Shown piece after piece: positions 15,252-21,944 of a DNA stretch of 32,000 nucleotides. The number at the start of each line of letters is the position of its first letter. Positions within the stretch are counted from its first letter, which is position 1. A model generated the notes under the pieces. It was given only the letters and a program-made list of their open reading frames with translations. It ran no database searches and had not been told where the DNA came from. Source of the DNA: Nitrosopumilus sp. (lineage in GTDB: Archaea; Thermoproteota; Nitrososphaeria; Nitrososphaerales; Nitrosopumilaceae); NCBI GenBank assembly GCA_963662625.1, contig OY759726.1:1537446-1569445 (forward strand), read 5' to 3'. The position numbers and the translations under genes are program-made.

Positions 15252-17345
15252 TTGAAAATACAGAAATACCTGAAATTTGCATACATGCTTATGTCCTCGC
15301 CACAGCTGCGCGTCAGGGGGCCGGCCCCGTCCAGAAAGTCCGGCGTATACGAGGTGGAGATCGCCCTTGCGGGCTCCAGGCCGTCAGACGGCGCCATAAA
15401 AGCCAAGGGCTTCCGGCCCCTGTGGAAGGGTTCGTTCCACCTGCGCGTGAGCGACGGGACGTTCTCCGAGGTCCTCGGGTCAGGCGACAACCCGATCCCG
15501 CCTTCCGTCGGGCAGGCGCCGGAGGTCTGGGTGGTGGTGTCAGACGTCCTTTCCCCGGCATATTCCGTTTTCAGCGCGCCGACGGGCGCCAAGCCAAAGC
15601 CCGGGCCTGCAGGCGGGCAGGATGGGCGGGATCGGCCCCCCGCCGCGGAGGTGCGCCCGCCGGAGCAGGAACGGCCGGCACCGCCGCCCCCCGCCGCGGA
15701 GGTGCGCCCGCCGGAGCAGGAACGGCCGGCACCGCCGCCCCCCGCCGCGGAGGTGCGCCCGCCGGAGCAGGAACGGCCGGCACCGCCGCCCCCCGCCGCG
15801 GAGGCGCGCCCGCCGGAGCAGGAACGGCCGGCACCGCCGCCCCCCGCCGCGGAGGCGCGCCCGCCGGCGGAAGAGCAGGCGCCTGCCCCCAAGCGCGCCC
15901 AGGAAGGCGCCGGCGAGGGGCCGCCGAGGCGGCAGTCCGGGCGCGCCACAAAGGCAGTCTCAGACGGTGCCGCGCGCCAGGGCGAGAAGGGCCTGGCAGG
16001 AGAACAGGGCCCGCCGGGCGACCGCGGCCCCACGGGCCAGCCCGGACTGCAGGGCGCGCCGGGCCCCAAGGGCTCCCCCGGCCCGCAGGGGCCGCCGGGC
16101 GACCGCGGCCCCGCGGGCCACCCGGGAATGCAGGGCCAGCAGGGCCCCAAGGGCCAGCCTGGAGAGCAGGGCCCTCCCGGGGACCGGGGATCGGTGGGGG
16201 AGCGCGGGCCGTCCGGCGACAAGGGAGCCCCGGGCCCCACCGGGATTACCGGCGACAAGGGGGACAAGGGGGACAAGGGCCTGACCGGCCCGCCCGGAGA
16301 CAAGGGGGACAAGGGACTCCACGGCGCGCCCGGAGACAAGGGGGACAAGGGGATCACCGGCCCCCCGGGAGAGAAGGGCCAGCAGGGCCCGAGGGGCCCG
16401 CCCGGCGACAAGGGGATGACGGGCGCCCCGGGAGACAAGGGCCCGGCCGGCGACCGGGGGCCGGCGGGGGAGAAGGGCCCCACGGGACATGCCGGAGTCC
16501 AGGGCGAGAAGGGCATATCGGGCAAGCCCGGCCCGCAGGGCGAGAAGGGCAACCAGGGCCCCCCCGGCGACAAGGGCCACGCGGGCATGCAGGGCCCCCC
16601 CGGCGACAAGGGGCCGGCGGGAGCCAAGGGCCCCCCCGGCGACAAGGGAATGCGCGGCCCGCAGGGCCAGGTCGGTGAAAAGGGATCCAAGGGCCAGGAG
16701 GGCCCGGTGGGAGAGAAGGGCCCGCAGGGACTGCAGGGGCCCGCCGGCGAGAAGGGCCTGACCGGGGTACCCGGCCCGCAGGGCGAGAAGGGCCCGCAGG
16801 GGTCGCAGGGGCCCGCCGGCGAGAAGGGCCTGACCGGGGTGCCCGGCCCGCAGGGCGAGAAGGGCCCGCAGGGGTCGCAGGGGCCCGCCGGCGAGAAGGG
16901 CCTGACCGGGGTCCCGGGACCTTCCGGCGGGAAGGGCGAGACGGGGCCGGTGGGCCCGCCAGGAAGCAAGGGCCCCGCAGGCCAGGTCGGGCCCGCGGGG
17001 GACAAGGGGCCCAAGGGCCCGGCCGGCCCGCAGGGCGAGCGGGGCCCGGCCGGCCCGGCAGGAGAGAAGGGCCCGCAGGGCCCGCAGGGGATCCAGGGCC
17101 CGCAGGGCGAGCGCGGCCCGGTGGGCCCGGCCGGCCCCGCGGGGGAGCAGGGCCTGCAGGGAAACCAGGGCCCGGTGGGCCCGGCGGGGCCCAGGGGGCC
17201 GCCCGGGCCGCCCGGCGAGAAGGGCGCGGGCGGGGGGATGCCCGCGGAGCAGAAGGCGCTGCTCAAGGACCTGCTGGAGATTCTCACCGACAAGAACGTC
17301 ATCACGACGGAGGAGCAGATCAAGCTCATGAGCAACCTGTACTAG
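15252..17345 (+). CDS. Collagen-like triple-helix-repeat protein (N-terminal unique domain, Pro-rich 17-aa repeats, 139 G-X-Y triplets, short helical C-terminal tail)
   Basis: 697-aa ORF (TTG 15252; alternative ATG 15285). Hand-checked uninterrupted G-X-Y run from 15981 to 17231 ([19 protein letters not shown]...[12 protein letters not shown]), rich in GEK/GDK/GER/GDR and GPP/GPQ triplets. C-terminus is [35 protein letters not shown]. No obvious signal peptide or TM segment. Confidence 0.9.
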   Translation: MKIQKYLKFAYMLMSSPQLRVRGPAPSRKSGVYEVEIALAGSRPSDGAIKAKGFRPLWKGSFHLRVSDGTFSEVLGSGDNPIPPSVGQAPEVWVVVSDVLSPAYSVFSAPTGAKPKPGPAGGQDGRDRPPAAEVRPPEQERPAPPPPAAEVRPPEQERPAPPPPAAEVRPPEQERPAPPPPAAEARPPEQERPAPPPPAAEARPPAEEQAPAPKRAQEGAGEGPPRRQSGRATKAVSDGAARQGEKGLAGEQGPPGDRGPTGQPGLQGAPGPKGSPGPQGPPGDRGPAGHPGMQGQQGPKGQPGEQGPPGDRGSVGERGPSGDKGAPGPTGITGDKGDKGDKGLTGPPGDKGDKGLHGAPGDKGDKGITGPPGEKGQQGPRGPPGDKGMTGAPGDKGPAGDRGPAGEKGPTGHAGVQGEKGISGKPGPQGEKGNQGPPGDKGHAGMQGPPGDKGPAGAKGPPGDKGMRGPQGQVGEKGSKGQEGPVGEKGPQGLQGPAGEKGLTGVPGPQGEKGPQGSQGPAGEKGLTGVPGPQGEKGPQGSQGPAGEKGLTGVPGPSGGKGETGPVGPPGSKGPAGQVGPAGDKGPKGPAGPQGERGPAGPAGEKGPQGPQGIQGPQGERGPVGPAGPAGEQGLQGNQGPVGPAGPRGPPGPPGEKGAGGGMPAEQKALLKDLLEILTDKNVITTEEQIKLMSNLY
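15636..15866 (+). repeat. 51-bp tandem repeat, about 4.5 copies, encoding PPAAE(V/A)[11 protein letters not shown]
   Basis: Exact 51-bp periodicity: ccgccgcgga recurs at 15640 and 15691, and so on. Copies 1-3 carry GTG (Val) and copies 4-5 carry GCG (Ala). The last copy decays into [10 protein letters not shown]. Confidence 0.9.
16713..16921 (+). repeat. 72-bp tandem repeat, about 2.9 copies, inside the collagen domain ([24 protein letters not shown])
   Basis: ccgccggcgagaagggcctgaccgggg recurs at 16741, 16813 and 16885. The copies differ almost only at a Val wobble position (gta/gtg/gtc). Confidence 0.9.
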
Positions 17346-17358
17346 GAGGGCATGCGGG

Positions 17359-17643
17359 ATGAGCGAAAACAGGGAAAAGATCGAGTTCGAGATGCTGGAC
17401 TACAGGAGGCTCGAGAACGACTTCGTGGCATTCGAGCTGGAGGACGGGACGGTGGTCAAGGTCAAGGTCGACCTGGACAGGGTCGGGAAGGCAGTGAACT
17501 TTACGAACCCCGACGGCACGCCGCACTACGCGATCAACACGGCGGTCAAGCTCTCCATAATGCCGCCCGGCAAGAGGTTCACGGTGCACAAGAACTCCGC
17601 CAAGGGTAAGAACCCGCACCCCCCGGACCAGATGTTCAGCTAG
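17359..17643 (+). CDS. Small hypothetical protein co-oriented with, and 14 bp downstream of, the collagen-like gene
   Basis: 94-aa ORF with ATG start and protein-like composition (MSENREKIEFEMLDYRRLENDFVAFELEDGTVVKVKVDLDRVGKAVNFTNPDGTPHYAINTAVKLSIMPPGKRF..). No family recognised. Confidence 0.6.
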   Translation: MSENREKIEFEMLDYRRLENDFVAFELEDGTVVKVKVDLDRVGKAVNFTNPDGTPHYAINTAVKLSIMPPGKRFTVHKNSAKGKNPHPPDQMFS

Positions 17644-17661
17644 CCGCGCGGCCGGCGCCGG

Positions 17662-18771
17662 TCACACGCCCCGGGTCTTGACTATGGTCAGCACGTCCTC
17701 GTCCTGGAGCACGTGGTCCAGGCCGACGCGCTGCCCGCCGAACTTGACGCTCTTCCCCCAGACCATGCCGTACCTGAACTCCCTCCTCATCCTCCTGTGC
17801 AGCTTGTTGCAGATGTCCTCCACGCTGTCGCCCTCGCGCGCTATCAGCGGCTCCTCGTAGTCCGTCTCCCCCCCCTTGGGCCTCATGTACACCCTGATGA
17901 AGTTGAGCTTCTCGTAGATCTTCTCCTTGAGCAGGCCTATGTTGGTGTTGGAGTTCGCCGAGACCTCCACGACGTCGGTCGCCAGCTTCGACCTCAGGTC
18001 CTCTAGGAACCCCTCGTCCACCAGGTCGATCTTGTTGAGGACGGTCAGCGCCTTGGAGTAGCTCACGTTCCCGGCGATGTGGTCCGCCAGCTGCTCCGAG
18101 GTGACGTCCTCCCTGATCACCACCCTGGCGCTCACTATCCCGTAAAGGTGCAGGATGTCCTTGAGGTGCTTCTCGGTGATCCTCTCCATCCGCGCCTGCT
18201 GGGCCACGGCGATCCCGCCCATCGCGGCCTTCTCGATCGTGATGTTCGGGGGCAGCTGGTTCAGCCTGATCCCTATGTTTCCCAGCTCGGTCACCAGCAC
18301 GCCCTCGTGGTACGGCTGGAAGACGTCCAGGACCAGCAGCACCAGGTCCGCGCTCCTGGCCACCGACAGTATCCTCTTGCCCAGGCCCTTCCCGGTGGAG
18401 GCGCCCTTGATTATCCCCGGCAGGTCCAGAACCTGTATCCTGGCCCCCTTGTACTCCATCATGCCTGGCACCACCGTCAGCGTGGTGAACTGGAACGCCC
18501 CCACGGCGGACTTTGCGTCCGTCAGCCTGTTGAGCAGCGTCGACTTGCCGACGCTCGGGAGGCCGATGAACACGACCGTCGCGTCGCCCGACCGCCTCAC
18601 GTCGAAGCCGTCCGACTTTGCGCCGCCCTTCTTCGCCTCCCTGTCCTCCTGCTCGCGCTTGAGCTTCGCGATCTTCGCCTTGAGGAGCCCTATGTGGTGC
18701 TCCGTGGCCTTGTTCAGCTGCGTCTTCGCCATCTCGTCCTGGATGGCCTTGATCTTCTCGGGGATCCCCAT
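17662..18771 (-). CDS. DRG-family (Obg-like) GTP-binding protein with C-terminal TGS domain
   Basis: Real start is the internal ATG at 18771 (MGIPEKIKAIQDEMAKTQLNKATEHHIGLLKAKIAKL). G motifs: GLPSVGKSTLL (G1), FTT (G2), DLPG (G3), NKID (G4). The TGS-like end is GDSVEDICNKLH..VWGKSVKFGGQRVGLDHVLQDEDVLTIV. The upstream 63 codons of the track ORF are GC-shadow. An A/T-rich box (aaaaaaaataatacc) lies 30-40 bp upstream. Confidence 0.92.
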   Translation of the reverse strand: MGIPEKIKAIQDEMAKTQLNKATEHHIGLLKAKIAKLKREQEDREAKKGGAKSDGFDVRRSGDATVVFIGLPSVGKSTLLNRLTDAKSAVGAFQFTTLTVVPGMMEYKGARIQVLDLPGIIKGASTGKGLGKRILSVARSADLVLLVLDVFQPYHEGVLVTELGNIGIRLNQLPPNITIEKAAMGGIAVAQQARMERITEKHLKDILHLYGIVSARVVIREDVTSEQLADHIAGNVSYSKALTVLNKIDLVDEGFLEDLRSKLATDVVEVSANSNTNIGLLKEKIYEKLNFIRVYMRPKGGETDYEEPLIAREGDSVEDICNKLHRRMRREFRYGMVWGKSVKFGGQRVGLDHVLQDEDVLTIVKTRGV

Positions 18772-19170
18772 GTCGTCCTCTCCGTATTCGTTTTCCCGTG
18801 CGGTATTATTTTTTTTGATTGCCGCGGCCTTCCCAGGAGCGCCCAGCTGGTGCCCCGGCGGGGGTTCCCGCGGCACCCCGCAGCCAAACACGCGTGACGT
18901 GGCGCCTGGCGCGGAGCGCAGAACCCGTGATCCTGCGCACGAAACCGGCCTTGCCTGCAAGCCAGCGCGGGCATGCGGGGCCCAGTGTCATGCACCCGTT
19001 CGCCACAATGCGCCGGATCGCAACGCATCGCCCAAGGACGCGCGCATCGTTCCTGTGCCTGGCGCGCGCAGGCTCCCTCCGGCAGAGCCCGCCGTACCGT
19101 TCCGTTACGTGCATGTTCGCCGCCACGCAGAGCTTCCGGCCCCGCCGGCCAGCCCCAGCCGTTACGGGAC

Positions 19171-19278
19171 GCGCAGCTGCCGTATTGCCGCACCAGCCAT
19201 GTGGCCCGTCCACCAGGCTCTGAATCTGGGGTGCTATCCTAATGCGCAGCTGCCGTATTGCCGCACCAGCCATGTGGC
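19171..19278 (+). repeat. Two identical 35-bp direct repeats (gcgcagctgccgtattgccgcaccagccatgtggc) separated by 38 bp
   Basis: Copies at 19171-19205 and 19244-19278 are identical by inspection. They lie in a roughly 700-bp GC-rich stretch (18.83-19.56 kb) with no convincing ORF. No third copy: at 19316 only a 10-nt core (ccgcaccagc) recurs. Confidence 0.85.
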
Positions 19279-19507
19279 AGCATGCCGCCCCGGGAATGGC
19301 CTTGGACGCCACGTCCCGCACCAGCTCGTCACAGGGGCGTCCGCGCCCCGCAGTGCCGCTTATCCCCTTGGCCGATCTGGCGCATCACGTCACCTGGCTG
19401 CCGTAGGCGGCAGCTGGGATCTGGCCGCGGCGGTTGGAACGATGCCCGGATCCGGCGCGGACAGGCGCCTCGGATGGGAGATCCGTCCGGCAGCCGCGCA
19501 ATCCCGC

Positions 19508-21125
19508 TTACGTCAAAAGCAGGAATGCCGAGGCCGGGACTACGTATTCCTGCCTTGTCTCTAGGCGTGACTTTGAGATAACCAGCCCGCTTTTGGCGCC
19601 GGTCTTGCCAAGGAAGCTGGCCAGCCCTGCCATCTCCCTGGGGTTGATCCTCCCCCTGTATTTCACCTCGATTGGGACCTCCATGCCGTTTACTTTAGAC
19701 AGGACAAAGTCCACCTCCCTTTTTTTTCGTCCTTCCAGTAGAATACGTGGTTGGAATGGTCAAATGTCTGTTTTTTGTCACTCAGTGCAAAGGCCCACCC
19801 GTTCAGGTGATCTGCCATGATGCCCTCCACGATCTTGCCCCGGTTGCCCTCATCGTGGACGTATTCCAAGCTGGCATCAAAGCTGCCATCCGTGCTTATC
19901 AGGCCATTGAATATGTGCAAAAAATAGGGGTCGCTAAAGTAGATTTTTCTGTCGCTTCTCGCCATCGGTATTTTCCTGCCCCCGCCATACCTGCAAATGG
20001 TTGACAAGACAAACAAGTCCTTTAGGGCATGCGCATAACCAAGAGCTGTGTTTGGGCTACCCAGATCTGCCTCTTTGGAAAGGTTATTCCACGACGTATG
20101 GCTTCCCTGGCTTTTGATTACGGCCCCGCAAAACTGCTTTAGCATAGTCTCGCTTTTTGAAAGTGCGTTCCATTCGCCTGTAATCCCCTCCAAATGACTC
20201 GTATACAGGCTTTCGCCTATGGCAGGTGCCTTGATCTTTTCGTCTACCACCCTTGGAGTTCCCCCGGCCAGCATGTATTCTTCCAAGAGTCCGCCTAGTT
20301 CATTTTGGCATGCGCAAAAGGTGTCCAAGGTCTCGCCAATTTCCCCGCTCAGCAGTTTCATGAATATGTCCTTTCTGTGATCCAAGGCAGGCACGTGATT
20401 TTCCATAACTAAATCATTGATGTCGCTACTCGCCACCGATGCATACTCTGCAAACTTCATCGGGAGTAAAATCTTGTCGTAATTGTCGGCAACCCTGCCC
20501 CTGCGGCCTGGCAGTCTTTCTGCGGCATTTCTTATGTTGATTGCCTGTGATCCAGTGGCCATGACTGTGCAATTTTTTAACTTGTCGCCGTCAATTAGCC
20601 ACTTGATGCCTTTCTGCCATTCAGGCACTGATGAAACCCACCCAAGAATAGGCAGCAACGATTATCCTTGCGCTGCCTGGAACTTATTCTCAGGTAGGTT
20701 TCAATAACATCAACCACGTCCTGCCGCGTACTGGCTAGATCCAGTGCATAGTATAGAACGTTCCACGGAGAGACATTCTTGTCCAACAAATCCCCTATCT
20801 GCAATTTAACCAGAGTTGTTTTGCCTACTTGCCTTGGGCCACGAAGTGAATACACCACAGTATTGGAGGGTTCAAAATCAAAAGTAACATTGTGTTTGAG
20901 CCTGGGAATGTATCTTATTGCCGAGTCTCCCCATCCCTTGATTTTCGGGTCATTTTTTATGCTTGCAGGATCTTTCCACCAAGGATTCGAATCCCGTACT
21001 TCCTTTCTCGAGTCATATTTATGTTGACTGAAAGGTTCTTTATATATTGGGCACAAAACCACTGAAATGTCCTTTATATATTGGTCGCGAACCCACTGAA
21101 AGGTCCTTTGTATAATACGGCCCAA
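19508..21125 (-). pseudogene. AAA+ ATPase of the archaeal AAA_14/DUF4143 (COG1373-like) type, disrupted by at least 2 frameshifts
   Basis: Three consecutive ORFs (20595..21125, 19690..20658, 19508..19714) together reproduce the family layout: NPWW N-terminus, Walker A GPRQVGKTTL, then ..SSVPEWQKGIKWLIDG.., TGSQAINI, LPMKFAEY, ..KIYFSDPYFL.., and a C-terminal nuclease-like EVDFVL..PIEVKY. Shift 1 (about 20635-20645) falls where Walker B is expected, and the sequence there reads LFLGG instead of hhhhDE. Shift 2 is in the A8 run (T8 on the plus strand, 19720-19727). No clean in-frame start follows the last TATA-like box. Confidence 0.8.
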
Positions 21126-21128
21126 GCG
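21027..21128. repeat. 34-bp tandem repeat x3, each unit carrying a TATA-like box, at the 5' end of the ATPase pseudogene
   Basis: Units are 21027-21060 actgaaaggttctttatatattgggcacaaaacc, 21061-21094 actgaaatgtcctttatatattggtcgcgaaccc (29/34 identical to unit 1), and 21095-21128 actgaaaggtcctttgtataatacggcccaagcg (more diverged). The period is not a multiple of 3. Confidence 0.85.
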
Positions 21129-21233
21129 TCCAGCGCCAGTCCAGTGGACACGACTGGCGCAAGATCGGCCCCGACATCCTTTCGCCCTGCAGTACTTGTT
21201 CGGGGCGCATCCGGCACCTTGGCTGATCCCTTT

Positions 21234-21944
21234 TCACGGCCAAGACCTGCGTGGGTTTGCAATACGTATGCCCCGAGAAGGGTTCCAGCACCCGCGGATT
21301 CCCCGGCCGGCCATCACCGGCACTCGCCCTGACTGTTTTGCCACATCTCGGGTTGTTCTCTGGTGCTTCTGAATGCTGCCAACTGACCTGCGTGGGAGCC
21401 GGCGGCCTTTCCCAAACTGTAGCATACGCAAGAGCCCCGCAAGCAGGTTGGTTGGCAGATCTAGCCATGAACTGGACTTGAGTGATGCCACAAGCCGCTT
21501 AAAACTGGCGTAGCCTTGCAGTTTTTCGCAGTCCAGCCTTTCTGCATATCTGGGCAACTGGTTCTTTGTGTAGTTCTTATGGTGCCTTAGGGCGTCTGAT
21601 GGTTTCTGGTCACCAAACCGGATGCCTTCTGAATGGCATATCCATTCTTCTATCTCGTGGTCCAGCAGTACCACTTTGACGAACTCTTTATCCTCGTCTT
21701 TAACATGTTTGAGCACTTTCTTCATCTTCTCTTCAAGGCTTTCGCCATCCGCATCCGCAATCACTATGGCCCGATCCACCTTTCCCACGTTTGCGCTAAT
21801 CATCCTGCCCATCTTGCTTCCTATTGGACAGCGAATAACGCGTTCCAGCCTGCCGCCAAGAACCCCCTCGGAATTCTTTTTATGGAAAAACCTTGGAAAA
21901 AACACCTGGCCAAAGCAGTCTTCTACCAGAAAACAGAGTTTCAT
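21234..21944 (-). CDS. Small TOPRIM-like protein (DUF4276/RloB/AriB-like by motif pattern), partner of the upstream ATPase; C-terminal ~80 codons probably non-native read-through
   Basis: ATG 21944 overlaps the ATPase stop (ATGA). The N-terminal strand plus acidic residue MKLCFLVED, the DxD motif in AIVIADADGES, and later LLDHEIEEW follow the E...DxD TOPRIM order. AT-rich coding composition ends near 21480 (..FKRLVASLKSSS). The ORF then runs on in GC-rich sequence with Arg/Gly-rich, non-protein-like translation to 21234. Confidence 0.6.
   Translation of the reverse strand: MKLCFLVEDCFGQVFFPRFFHKKNSEGVLGGRLERVIRCPIGSKMGRMISANVGKVDRAIVIADADGESLEEKMKKVLKHVKDEDKEFVKVVLLDHEIEEWICHSEGIRFGDQKPSDALRHHKNYTKNQLPRYAERLDCEKLQGYASFKRLVASLKSSSWLDLPTNLLAGLLRMLQFGKGRRLPRRSVGSIQKHQRTTRDVAKQSGRVPVMAGRGIRGCWNPSRGIRIANPRRSWP

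Noticed and set aside
15158-17335. 725-aa minus-strand ORF covering the entire collagen-like gene, plus other frames (15182..16678, 15622..16284, 15960..16580)
   Set aside because: These are antisense or offset readings of a GGN-NNN-NNN repeat, which stay open automatically. The product is Pro/Cys/Trp/Ser-rich with no flanking domains or sensible start. The plus-strand frame gives a perfect collagen G-X-Y pattern with unique N- and C-terminal domains.
19171-19278. CRISPR array interpretation of the 35-bp repeats with a 38-bp spacer
   Set aside because: Only two copies exist, and a third position shares just a 10-nt core. There are no cas genes in the window and no obvious palindromic repeat core. 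The pattern fits 1.5 copies of a 73-bp tandem duplication equally well. It is kept as a finding but not called CRISPR.
20983-20994. tRNA T-loop-like string ggattcgaatcc
   Set aside because: The flanking bases do not form a T-stem, acceptor stem or anticodon arm. The string lies inside the ATPase pseudogene reading frame (encoding ..RDSNPWW.. on the other strand). No tRNA was found anywhere in the window.
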